Source: Centroscyllium fabricii (taxonomy: Eukaryota). From it: a DNA stretch of 64,000 nucleotides. The position numbers were made by a program, and so were the translations under genes. The stretch is taken from the NCBI GenBank assembly GCA_051313645.2, contig JBNRSN020000014.1, positions 78,926,001 through 78,990,000 on the forward strand, written 5' to 3'. The notes below the pieces were generated by a model. That model saw only the letters and a list, made by a program, of their open reading frames with translations. It made no database searches and had not been told where the DNA came from. The first letter of the stretch is position 1, and the number at the start of each line of letters is the position of its first letter. This document shows, one piece after another, positions 13,066 through 24,369 of this stretch.

Positions 13066-14070
13066 AACAACAACTTGTAGTTATATAGCATCTTTAACGT
13101 TGTGAAACGTCCCACGGCACTTCACAGGAGCATTAGAAAACAAAATTTGACACCGAGCCACATAAGATATATGGGCAGACAAAGAGGTAGGATTTAAGCA
13201 GCGTGTTAAAGGAGGAAATAGAGGTAGAGAGGCAGAGAGATTTAGGGAGGGAATTCCAGAGGTTAGGGCCTTGGCAACAGAAGGCACGACCACCAATGGT
13301 GGAGCAATTAAAATCAGGGATGCTCAAGAGGCCAGAATTGGAAGAGTGCAGATATGTCGAAGGGTTGTGGGGCTGGAGTAGATTGCAGAGATAGGGAGGG
13401 GCAAGGCCATGGAGAGATTTTAAAACAAGGATAAGAATTTTTTAAATGCCAATGTAGGTCAGCTAGCACAGGGGTAATAGGTGAACGGCACTTGGTGCGA
13501 GTTAGGACACGGGCAGCCGAGTTTTGGAGCACCTCAACTTTATGTAAGGTAGAAACGTGGGAGGCCAGCCAGGAGTGTGTTGGAATGGCCAAGTCTAGAA
13601 GTAATAAAGGAATGGATGAGGGTTTCAGCAGCGAATGAGCTGAGGCAAGGGCGGAGTCGGGCGATGTTCCGGAGGTGAAAATAAGCGATCTTCGTGATGG
13701 TGCGGATATGTGGTCAGATGCTCATCTCGGGGTTAAATAGGACACCAAGGTTGCGAACAGTGTGGTTCGGCCTCAGACAGTTGCCAGGGAGAGGGATGGA
13801 GTCAGTGGCTGGGGAACAGAGTTTGTGGCAGGGACCGAAGACAATGGCTTCAGACTTCCCAATATTTACTTGGAGGAAATTTCTGCTTATCCAGAACTGG
13901 ATGTTGGACAAGCAGTCTGACAATTTGGAGACTGGAGGGGTCGAGAGAGGTGGTGGTGAGGTAGAGCTGGGTATCATCAGCGTACATGTGGAAACTGATG
14001 CTGTGTTTTCAGATGATGTTGCCGAGGGACAGCATGTAGATGAGAAATAGGAGGAGGTGAAGGATCGACC
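13066..14070 (-). mobile_element. L2-type LINE 3' fragment
   Basis: Fragmented RT C-terminus (NFLQVNIGKSEAIVFG, VRNLGVLF, LQNSAARVLT, ITPVLADLHW, GGRAF...LWNSLP) and a (GTT)n tail. Confidence 0.85.
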
Positions 14071-15009
14071 AAACAAGAGACAAACAGAGTGAAGAATTGT
14101 GGCTTGTTTAGTTTTTTTTTGTTGCTAATATCAGCGATTGTTTACTCTGCAATAAAGCAAACTGACATTGAGTCCCATTACTGATTTGCTTTCAGTAGTG
14201 GAATGGTGGGAGAGTTCACAACCCTTAGAATATATTTTCCGTGTTTATTTGGGCTATTATACTCATGAAAATTGTAATTTCAGGCAGTGATTTTTTTTTT
14301 TGTTTGTTTTTGTTTTTTTGCCTTATTCATTTTGGCCCCATTGTTTCAGTCAGTTCTGATTAACACCATCTCCTGCAGCCCTGGCACAGTTGAAGTTACA
14401 TGTCCCAGTACTTGCTTTAACCTTTAAAATAGATTTCAGAATAAATTGAGCCATTAACTGTACCATTTGATTCCTCCCAAAGCTCTGAATGCTGTTAAGC
14501 AGTTGCTTTTTTAAAATTTTGGAAAGCGACTCGGCATGTTCTCTCGTGACTATGTCCATCTCAGAAAATTCCCATTCTGCGCTGCTGGAGTGGCAACATT
14601 GCACTGTATTTTCCACAGGTTATGCTGGCAGTGATGTTCCCCAGTGCCCGTTCTCCTGTTTCGTAAGGTGGTAGGTCTTATTTTGTTAATGTATCTCGAA
14701 GAGCTTGCTAGTGATTTGTCCAGGATCAAAATACCCTCCATTGGTAAAAACCGTTGGGATAAAGTCAGCCCAGATGGGCGTCTAGGACAAAAGATTGCTA
14801 GTTTTTGTTCACGCCAGTGCATCAATAGGACTTTTACACCCAACTACTGTTTTTCAAAACATGCAGTTTTTAAATGCTATACTGTTTGAATTTTTAAAAA
14901 GTGAGACTTTACTTAATTTTATGCAGAGAGCACACGATGGTGAACCATTAGGTATGATATCCAATGTGTGGACTGACAGTGCATTAACACTGTGCTCAGA
15001 AGTGTAATA

Positions 15010-15290
15010 TGTGGAAATAACAACAGAAAATGCTGGAGAAACTCACAGTTCAGGCAACATCCGTAAGAGAGAAGCAAGAGTCAATGTTTCAGGTCGGGAC
15101 CCTTTATCAAGACTGGAATGAAACCGACGGGAAGGACAGAAGATGGCTGTGAGAGAACAAAGTGACGAGAAGAGACAATGAGAGTTATTCAAAACGAGAC
15201 GAGGTGGTAATAGGACAGAAGACAGCTCAAGATTAGGTGTGAAATGCGCCGGCTGAATAGGAGACAGCTGCCGTGTGGGAAAGAGGAAAA
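15010..15290 (-). mobile_element. Penelope-type terminal fragment with a decayed hammerhead-like motif
   Basis: AACAGAAAATGCTGG...AATGTTTCAGGTCGGGACCCTTTATCAAGACTGGAA is the reverse complement of the tail seen at 27110-27212. Confidence 0.6.
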
Positions 15291-15594
15291 AAAGAAAAAT
15301 ATGATGTGGAGTCTGATGATTCGATAAATATTGCATCCCACAAATTCCTTGTACGTTTTCTGATTTATACTGCAAGTAAAAATGGAAGTGATAAAGTCAG
15401 TTAGCTTTAGAATATTATTTCTGATGCAGTGTGTTGTGACAATGTGACTTTATTGGAATCTACCCAAGAGATTATTTGAGCAGTCTTGATTTTCACCATT
15501 TTTATTTGCTTAGATTTTGTTGCGGAGACCCATTTTTATTGGTAAATTTGGGTCTTCTGTCTTTGTGTTATATGGAGGGCATTGTGGTTGCTAA

Positions 15595-16184
15595 AGGCCC
15601 TGTCACACCATGACGTTTTAACCAGCGTATGCAAATTTGGCGAATACGCTGGCAAACGTCAAACGTTATGGGTAAGTTTTGTATACGTTAAGAGCACGCT
15701 GGCATATGTCGTTGTACTCCGAGTAAGTCGAGAAATTTTGCGCATGCACAAAATTTCTCGACGTATCCAGCGTATGACTCACACGTCCGCATACGCTGGC
15801 CATAAGTTGTAGGCACGTTAGCCGATCGTTGACACACGTCGACACACGTTACTTGTAAGTTAGTCATAAGTCAAAATACGTCGAGATAATGTCTAGCCAC
15901 GTGAACGTCGGCGAAACGCTGCCGCGCGCTATGCATAAGTTAGACTATCGTTGGGCATAAGTTGTGAACGCCGACAACACGCTAAGCATTCGTTGGTATA
16001 AGTTATCTGTAACTTATCGAAACGTTCTGTGTACGTTACTAATACGTTATGCATACGTCCAACTCGTTATGAATACGCTATTATACGCCCAAAAACTGAA
16101 AAAAACACAGCGAACGCCAGCGTTTTAGATAAATTTGCATACGTCGGCATGCGCTAGCTAAAACGTCAAGGTGTGACAGGGCCT
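15595..16184. mobile_element. PIF/Harbinger-type MITE (family D)
   Basis: Terminal inverted repeats AGGCCCTGTCACACC / GGTGTGACAGGGCCT, TAA duplication on both sides, non-coding CpG-rich interior. Confidence 0.88.
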
Positions 16185-16489
16185 TAAGGAAAAGTTTCGT
16201 TCGCACCCAATTTTTCTGCATTCTGCTGATGAAGTGGAAAATGGTTGGTTTTAGTTTAAAAGTTCAGCTTGTTTTAAAATGGCCACGGCAGGGCCAAAGG
16301 GGAAATGAGCGAAATATTAGGGTATTCTCTGAGCTGAATATTACAGGTAATGTCTTCTTTCCTTATCCTCAGCTGCTTTTTCATTCTTTCTGTCTTCTTT
16401 CATGCCCTAATTGTGGACGTTCTTGACTGCGATCACTGGTGTTGGTGAATTTGCTCTGTAAGGCTTAGTGTATATTCATCATTTTAATT

Positions 16490-17600
16490 TTTTTTTATTA
16501 CTTATTGATGGGATATGGGCGTCGCTGGCTGGCTAGGCCTGCATTTAGTGCCCATCCCTAATTGCCCTTGAGAAGATGGTGGTGAGCCGCCTTCTTGAAC
16601 CGCTGCAGTCCATATGGTGCAGGTACACCCACAATGTTGTTAGGAAGGGAGTTCCAGGATTTTGGCCCAGCGACAGTGAAGTAGCGGCGATACAGGTCCA
16701 AGTCAGGATGGTGTGTGGCTTGGAGGGGAACTTGTAGGTGGTGCTGTTCCCATGCGTCTGCTGCCCTTGTCCTTCTAAGTGGTAGAGGTCGCGGGTTTGG
16801 AAGGTGCTGTTGAGGGAGCTTTGGCGAGTTGCTGCAGTGCATCTTGTAGATGGTACACACTGCAGCCACAGTGCGCTGGTGGTGGAGGGAGTGAATGTTG
16901 AAGGTGGTTGATGGAATGCCAGTCAAGCGGCCTGCTTTATCCTGAATGATGTCGAGCTTCTTGAGTGTTGTTGGAGCTGCATTCATCCAGGCAATTGGAG
17001 AGTATTCCATCACACTCCTGACTTGTGCCTTGCAGATGGTGGAAAGGCTTTGAGGAGTCAGGAGGTGAGACACTCGCCGCAGAATTCCCAGCCTCTGGCC
17101 TGCTCTTGTAGCCACAGTATTTATATGGCTGGTCCAGTTCAGTTTCTGATCAATGGTAACCCCCAGAATGTTGATAGTGGGGGATTCAGCGATGATAATG
17201 CCATTGAATGTCAAGGGGAGATGGGTAGAGTCTCGCTTGTTGGAGATGGTCATTGCCTGGCACTTGTGTGGTGCGAATGTTACTTGCTGCTCGTCAGCCC
17301 AAGTCTGAATGTTGTCCAGGTCTTGCTGCATATGGACACGGACTGTGTCAGTATCTGACGAGTCTCGAATGGTGCTGAACAGTGTGCAATCGTCAGGGAA
17401 CATTCCCATTTCTGACCTTATGATGGAGGGAAGGTCATTGATGAAACAGCTGAAGATGGTTGGGCCTAGGACATTGCCCTGAGGAACTCCTGCAGTGATG
17501 TCCTGTGGTTGAGATGAATGACCTCCAAAAACCACAGCCAACTTCCTTTGTGCTAGGTATGATTCCAACCAATGGAGAGTTTTCCCCTTGATCCCCATCT
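16490..17600 (-). mobile_element. CR1-superfamily LINE 3' fragment with RT C-terminal half
   Basis: ORF 16558..17769 contains GVPQGNVLGPTIFSCFINDL...MFPDDCTL...ILGVTIDQKLNW. Same family at 43590 and 55000. Confidence 0.9.
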
Positions 17601-18201
17601 GAACGAAGGAATATCCTGAAGAACTGTATTTTGACTTGAGTATTGATTTAAAAATATATATTTTTTTATCTCCCCTGCCCTCAGTTATTTTCCAGTATTG
17701 GGCCATGCAGTGTAAAGGAATTTCAAACTTGGCAGTCAAAATAAGAATTGAGTTGTGTAAGCGGTGCACTACATTGATCTCTGTGCATTAACTGTGGGGA
17801 GGTACTGCAGCCCATTTGCAGTACTGCCCTGACTGAGATCAACTGACCGCATAGACCAGGGATTAAACCTGGTACCTTCCTAGTCTTTACAGCTCAGTAT
17901 TACATTAGACAGCCCATCTGCCTTTATCAAATTTGCTTAACAGTGGGCTGGAGTTGCTAACGGTATGGGCACACACTGAATTGCTAAAATGCCTGTATTT
18001 TTCATTTGGCTGAAAAATGGAGATGTTTGTTCGGTTGCAAAGATACAAGTATTTTTAAAGTTGCACTGTACAATCCTTGTTTGCAATCAGTAGAGCGGGG
18101 GGGGGGGGGGGAACTACTTGTCTAGATGGCCCAGATTGCACTTTTATTTCTGAATACATTTGACTTATTTTTAAAAAAATAAAAAATAAATATTTTTGCA
18201 G

Positions 18202-18401
18202 GTCCTGAGGGGGGAGCTGCTGCCTCTGGTTATGCATCTGGCATTGCTGCTGGCAGCGCTGGTGGAAGCAGCAAAACCACAGCAAAGAGTTTATCTTCCA
18301 TCTCTGGAGAAAAGGAGGAAGGGAACAAGAAGAAAGTTCGTAGACAGTGGGAGTCCTGGAGTGCAGAGGATAAAAACTCATTCTTTGAAGGGCTGTATGA
18401 G
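18202..18401 (+). CDS. CRAMP1: CRAMP1 coding exon 2 (start of SANT domain, KKVRRQWESWSAEDKNSFFEGLYE)
   Basis: TTTTTGCAG acceptor, GAG|GTATGA donor, phase 1 to 0. Motif diagnostic of the CRAMP1 SANT domain. Confidence 0.96.
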
Positions 18402-19640
18402 GTATGAGTGGTTTCCAGAGTTAAAAGTGTAATATGTTAATTTGATGTCTGCAGTATTGCTGCTAAGGGGAAAAGTATGATTCTCTAATACATGTGACTT
18501 AAAATCTGATTAACAGTTAAATGCATATATTACTTGAGTTGCAAGGTGTTGCCATGGGATAAATGCTTACATTTCAGTGGTTTCCCGTAGGATCATTGCT
18601 TTACCTCACCCCCGCCAACAACCCCTACCAATAGAGGTACCTCATAACAACTATTGCAAAAAAAAATAGACAGACACACAAATAGTACTGTAACCAATGG
18701 GTTCTAGATGTCATTTAGTTGTGAATCTTGCATTACAAACTAGTTTTACAATAATGCTGATCCCATATTCTATATGCATTGGGGCCAATTGCCATGGAAC
18801 AGCCTTTACCTGGTTGTTGAAATGCTTTATAAAGATTTGACCTTTATTTTGGATTTGCCCTGGATAAATCTGGTGGCTTTTGATGTAATACTGTACAAGC
18901 TAGTGATCCCATTAATTGTCCATGTAGAATACTGTGTGATAATAAGTAAAGGAGCTAAATCGTTCTTTATAATCGGTTTTAAACTGCATGAAAAATGGGT
19001 AAGTATGCAACAGGTGCATTACACTAATGAAAAAATAATCATACAATAAATATTTTATAATTCCCTAGTCTTCCTTCCCTAATGTCTCCCAACCAGAACT
19101 AACAGTAAACAGTGCAGCTTTATGTATTGGTAATTAACAATAAAGTGGAGCACGCGCCAACGAGTCTTTCAAGTTTATACATTTCCATCTAAGCGTTAAA
19201 ATGTGTTTGCTGAGAGGGTACAATTTTATATTGATATTTTCCATCCTAATGTTTGTTGTTCCATCTTACCCCACTGCTTTTCTTTTGTGGTCCACTTCAG
19301 TGGCACCACTCGAGTAAAGTGGCTTTCCACTAATGCTTTTCCTTCTGTCCCTGCGCCCTTAGCTTTGACATCCCTCAAGCTGTCCCCCTTAGCCTCTCCT
19401 ATTTCATATTTATATTCTACCCTCTGCAGCATCGTTCACAAGAATGGGGGAAGCTTTTGTACGCTGGCTGACAACACATATCTCCGCCATCCCCCTGTAT
19501 TACATGACTGATCATGCCGTCTGATACCACATCTTGGATGAGCCAGCGCTTTCTTCAGCTCAAGATGGTGGGGGTTCCCTCTATTCTGTGATGGAGGGAG
19601 ACCAAATGTTGGTTTCTCCTGCTCCATCTCCCTTTCCCAT

Positions 19641-19730
19641 AGGATTAGAATAGACAGGGCTTGATGGCCGGCGTGGACACGATGGGCCGAAGGGCCTCTT
19701 TCTGTGCTGTATAACTCTATGACTCTATGA
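19641..19730 (+). mobile_element. CR1 3' tail remnant
   Basis: GATGGGCCGAAGGGCCTCTTTCTGTGCTGTATAACTCTATGACTCTATGA is a typical CR1 3' end with an 8-bp repeat tail. Confidence 0.7.
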
Positions 19731-19903
19731 ACATTGACACGATGGAAGCCATCCAATTCCTCTCCCACCACAAGCTCTGTTTCTCCGAGACTATCCCTCC
19801 CTGGCTGCTTGCTCAGACTGAGTCCTAAAAAACTGGTTTGATTTTACTCCTATTTCCATTTATCTGAACAGCAGTATTAATATATATTTCATTTATTTTG
19901 CAG

Positions 19904-20057
19904 CATGGGAAGGATTTTGAGGCAATACAGAATAACATCGCTCTGAAGTACAAGAAGAAAGGGAAGCCAGCAAGTATGGTGAAAAATAAGGAGCAGGTTC
20001 GGCACTTCTATTACCGTACTTGGCACAAGATCTCCAAATACATCGACTTCAATAATG
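19904..20057 (+). CDS. CRAMP1: CRAMP1 coding exon 3 (SANT domain, HGKDFEAIQNNIALKYKKKGKPASMVKNKEQVRHFYYRTWHKISKYIDF)
   Basis: TTTTGCAG acceptor, G|GTGAAT donor, phase 0 to 1, highly conserved sequence. Confidence 0.97.
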
Positions 20058-20507
20058 GTGAATACCGAATCCCAGGGAATTATTGCATCCTTGCTCTGCT
20101 GCTTAGTGTTTTTTGACCTCATGATGTTCATTGGACACTTGTCCTGCTTCAGCTTGGTTTGCTGTATGTGTAGCCCCAAATGTCATCATTTACTATGGAA
20201 TACCATGGTGGTTACCAACTACATTTACCGAGAGTGGTAAATTCCTTAATTTCCCATTCAAAATAGCCTGCTATTGCTGCATTTGTGGTTTTCCATTTTT
20301 CTCCATGTTGACGTCCTAGATTCTTGTCAGTAGAGAGTTGGTCATCAGACATTGCCCTAATGGCACTCTCAAAACCTACTTTTTGTATTAAAAAACTACT
20401 AAAGTTCCATAATCTGGCATTTGAACCAAGTTGATTATCCAATTAATCCCATTTACATGTATAAATTATGTGCAGTCACTAAAATTTAGTGAAGAGAAAT
20501 GGTAGTA

Positions 20508-21039
20508 CAGGTTGTGCACCGAAAATCCGTGTCCCGAATAGCCGGCAGCTTCAGTCTGCCGGCACAAATTGCCCCGACTGCACTGCGCATGCGCAAGATG
20601 GCCGCCGCCATCGTGGCTTCAGCGAATTATCTGCGCATGCGTCCAGCGCATGCGCATATCATTCAAAACAGCTGCCGGGTGTTTTGAATGATCTGCGCAT
20701 GCGTCGCCGGACGGTTAGTGCATGCGCAGATAATTCAATACGGCCGCCGGTTATTTTCTCGACAGCTGAGCCCCGTGACTGAGGCGGACAGTCACTAGGC
20801 AACAGCTGTCAGCCTGAGTCCGGCTCGGCGGCAGCAGCAACCCGAAAGGCGATGGAGAGGGAAGGCGGACACGGGCCCGATCTGCGCATGCGCGTGCCAG
20901 CCAATCCCAATGTTGTGCGCATGCGCGCGGCCATTTTGAATGGTGCGCATGCGCAGTGTCCAACCTCGTTCTCCCGGTTTTTTCTGTTTCCCGGCACGGG
21001 CCTGGTCCCGCCCGTGGCGGATTAATGGTGCACAACCTG
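20508..21039 (+). mobile_element. Tc1/mariner (Tigger/pogo-like) MITE family A, copy A1
   Basis: TIR CAGGTTGTGCACC / GGTGCACAACCTG, TA on both sides, internal TGCGCATGCG repeats. Orientation is arbitrary. Confidence 0.9.
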
Positions 21040-22290
21040 TATAGGAATAAGCACTTGAATTGTAATTACATGCACGGAAGTAGTTTTTCTTTGGCGAAAT
21101 TGATTTTTTTACTCAAATAAGCCAAGTTGCAGAGATTTGTTCATCCTGTTTAACATGGGCAAACCTGACTGACAAAAATAAACCTGTAATCATCATCTGT
21201 ACCAGGAGTACAACTTAATTTTGTTGTGATGGACCTGAACAATCCAATTAAACTCCAATGTGGCGGAGTGCAGAAATGAGTTCATCCTTGCTCCAGTGAA
21301 GGCACAGGGCAGAGTAATGCAATGCACAAGCAGTTCTGACAGTGCTGCAAGTTACTGAAACTCTGTGTCCTGGAGAATCCTGGGAAAACATGTTCATTCT
21401 GCAAATGGTGATTTGGGATAGTTGTTTAAATATTCATCGTTTTCAATGACTTGTTTCTCCAGCAGTCTAGTCAACCCACATATTCTCCCTTCAGTAGTTG
21501 GGAGACATTTATGAAGAACTACTATTTTACTTTACATTTTCAATGGAAGAAAAAAAATGGGTGGAGTGTAAAACAGGCTGCCAATTCGCTACCGCCCATC
21601 TTGCGCTACCGCAGAAGACCAATTTCACCTCCAGGGTTCCTACAAGTAGCTCATCACCACTGTTGGATGTGGCGTTCATCTTTACTGGGTAGAAAGCAAA
21701 ATAACAGAACAGTCAGGCTTATAACTTAGCAAACATTGGGAAAACTGGTGCATTTAAAACTAAACCTCAGGTAAGTGGTTTGAAATAAAATGTAGTCTGT
21801 TTTAATTAAATGGCCTTGCACATTGCGCCCTTTGTTCTCGCCCTCGTCTTTCTAAGTTAACTAGGATGCAACAAATGCTGAAACTGATTTCTTTTAAGCT
21901 ATGGATGGGTAAAATAAGAGGGACTTGCTGACTTCATCAGCGTGTGTTCATTCTTTTAGTTATTGCCTGTTTCCTCCCTCCTCCTCTTCAAAGTGTTAGG
22001 GTGTTGGTTGTTCTGAGGTACCCTGCCCGAGTAGCCTTTCTTGATGTGCGAGCCTAGCCAGTGAGTAGTAACAGGCTACAACTTGGGAAGCCATCAAATC
22101 TGATCTCATTCCTCTCCTCACCTGTAGTTATGCCGATGTAACTTCTAGCAGAGATCAGTGGATAGCGACCGGCCGTGGCAATCCTAGTTGATTTCCTTCT
22201 TCCTAGAACAAGCTCTTGCTGGTAAACTGGCAAGTTGGTTGAACGGTGACCTAATCCATAAAAGAATTCTGAATTGTATTTTCTTTGCAG

Positions 22291-22374
22291 TGTTCTCTCG
22301 AGGACTGAAGAAATCCTCTCAGGAGCTCTATGGGCTAATATGTTATGGAGAACTACGCAAAAAAATTGGTGGAT
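22291..22374 (+). CDS. CRAMP1: CRAMP1 coding exon 4 (VFSRGLKKSSQELYGLICYGELRKKIGG)
   Basis: TTCTTTGCAG acceptor, T|GTGAGT donor, phase 1 to 1. Confidence 0.96.
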
Positions 22375-22789
22375 GTGAGTATTTTAATGGGATTTAGTAG
22401 AGAAGGAAGCTTTGTGTGGTTGCTGTAATTGAAACTAGTCTTTTGGATTCGTGTTTCTACTTCATAGACGTTGATGATAACTATTTATAGCTTTAAAATA
22501 TCTTGTTTCTCAATAATTGGTAATTGCCATTATATTAGCTTCTATGAATCCCATTACTTTGCTAGATGGAACTAGTCCTCACCTAAAGCCTCTGCTTTGC
22601 CCCCTGCAAATTGTAGTGTTTTTATTTGGATGGTTTCTGAATTCCAATCTACCTGAAATCTAAATACCCCATATAGTATGTCAATTCAGCTTTGTGAAGG
22701 GTTTAACACTTCCTGGTGCATGTTTTAAATAGCTACCTTCACCATGAATAAATGCATTGTGTTCATTGGGCTATCAGTTGATAATGTTC

Positions 22790-23170
22790 ATTCTATGTGT
22801 TGCTTCACAGTGTGGATACTTGAGAAATATTTGATTTGTTCGCTTCCATTATCAGAGGTGTCATCTTTTTATTGAGATGTTAAACTGAGGCCCCCACCTG
22901 TCTGTTTGGGTGAATGTAAAAGATCCTATGAGGCTATTCGAAAAAGGACAGGGAATTCGCCTCATGTCCTCCTTGTCTCAACACCATCAGAAGCAGACTA
23001 ACTAGTCATGCATCTCATTTACTGTTTGTGGGATCTTGCTATGTGTTAATTAGCCATCATGTTCACCTACATCAGGACTGTGATTTCTTTTCAAAGTAAA
23101 CAGTGGATGTGAAGCACTAAGGGAACTCCTTGGGACAAAATAAAGTTTTATATCAGTGCAACTTTTTTCT
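22790..23170 (+). mobile_element. Decayed Deu-domain SINE (SacSINE1-like)
   Basis: Shares GATGTTAAACTGAGGCCC...GTAAAAGATCC...TGTTTGTGGGATCTTGCT with copies at 36425, 49930 and 50765. Family name is from recall. Confidence 0.55.
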
Positions 23171-23449
23171 TTCTGGATTAGGTGGCTCACAAAGAAAAAC
23201 ACCGATGCAGACTTGCTGGTCCAAGTGACCCTTTTCTGTGCTGCAACATTCTATGGAGAATTTTGAAGCCACTTGGAATCTGGTGGCGTAATGGAAAATC
23301 GTGAGTACATTGCTCGTGATATTCCTCCCATTAATGTCGATGGGTGGAGTATTGCAAGCAAAATGCCCATGATTTTCTGGTAAGTCGCTTGCTGTATGCG
23401 AGGCTCTGCAAGTGGCACAGGTCTGTGAAAAGTTCTGTCTTCAATTACA

Positions 23450-23676
23450 TTGATTGGCCAGGATAAATTGACCCTTAGTGTTAGGGGGATTGAATATGTG
23501 GGGTTACGGGGATAGAGTGGGATGTGTGTCAGTGCAGGCTCAATAGGGATCGAGGGATATGGGGAGAAGGCAGGGGTGGGGTGCTGGGTTTGGATGATCA
23601 GCCATGATCTCATTGAATGGTGGAGCAGGCTCGAAGGGCCGAATGGCCTACTCCTGCTCCTATGTTCTATGTTTCT
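23450..23676 (+). mobile_element. V-SINE 3' part joined to a CR1-type tail
   Basis: GATTGGCC...CCCTTAGTGTTAGGGGGATT...GTGGGGTTACGGGGATAG is the reverse complement of part of the SINE at 59850-60160, followed by GGGCCGAATGGCCTACTCCTGCTCCTATGTTCTATG. Confidence 0.7.
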
Positions 23677-23971
23677 ATTCCATGAATTTGGAGCACTCGG
23701 TCTGAGCAGGAATTTTATTTGGGTTAGATGAACTGATGCAAGATATACATAAGGATATTCTGCTTTAAGTATGCAAAAAAATTGTCCTGGTGTTATTACA
23801 CACCAACTCATATAGCTCTGTTCTGATAAATGTTTAGTGAATGTGGACAGGTGAGTTTTACAGTAAATTACATTCTGAAGAAGGACTGTGGCCTCAAGCA
23901 AGCAATTAACTCAATCTAAAATTATAGATTGCATACTAATTTAATGCTGTGATAATGCATTTACTTCATAG

Positions 23972-24020
23972 GCATGGATGACAAAAATGCAGCTAAACTC
24001 AATGAATTAATTCAAGCTGG
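23972..24020 (+). CDS. CRAMP1: CRAMP1 coding exon 5 (CMDDKNAAKLNELIQAG)
   Basis: CTTCATAG acceptor, GG|GTAAGT donor, phase 1 to 2. Confidence 0.94.
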
Positions 24021-24369
24021 GTAAGTGACTTTTGTAGTTTAAAAGGAAATCTAGTACCATCAGACAACGATTTAGTGTAACTGAACATAACCATCATCCA
24101 TAGTGTGTCCTCAAACTGAAAATTAACATTCTTTTCAAAGTTTAAAAAAAAGCAATATATGATCATTTGATATAAATTGATTGCTAGAATTTATAGCCTT
24201 ATTTTGTACCTGTCTGCTGGCTGCTTATGGTTGTGATGGCATGTGGCAGTCTCTAATGACAACGGAGGAAGATACGCCACCAAAATATATCAGAAGATTA
24301 CCAAATCCTATTAAGTGTGCTCACTGTACTTTCCTTTTGCGTCAGTGATTTTTCTGCCTAACTAACCGC

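Noticed and set aside
16558-17769. 403-aa ORF as a host gene or active reverse transcriptase
   Set aside because: 5'-truncated LINE with the catalytic motif altered to FPDD and a frameshifted C-terminus. Its N-terminus is flanking intron read-through.
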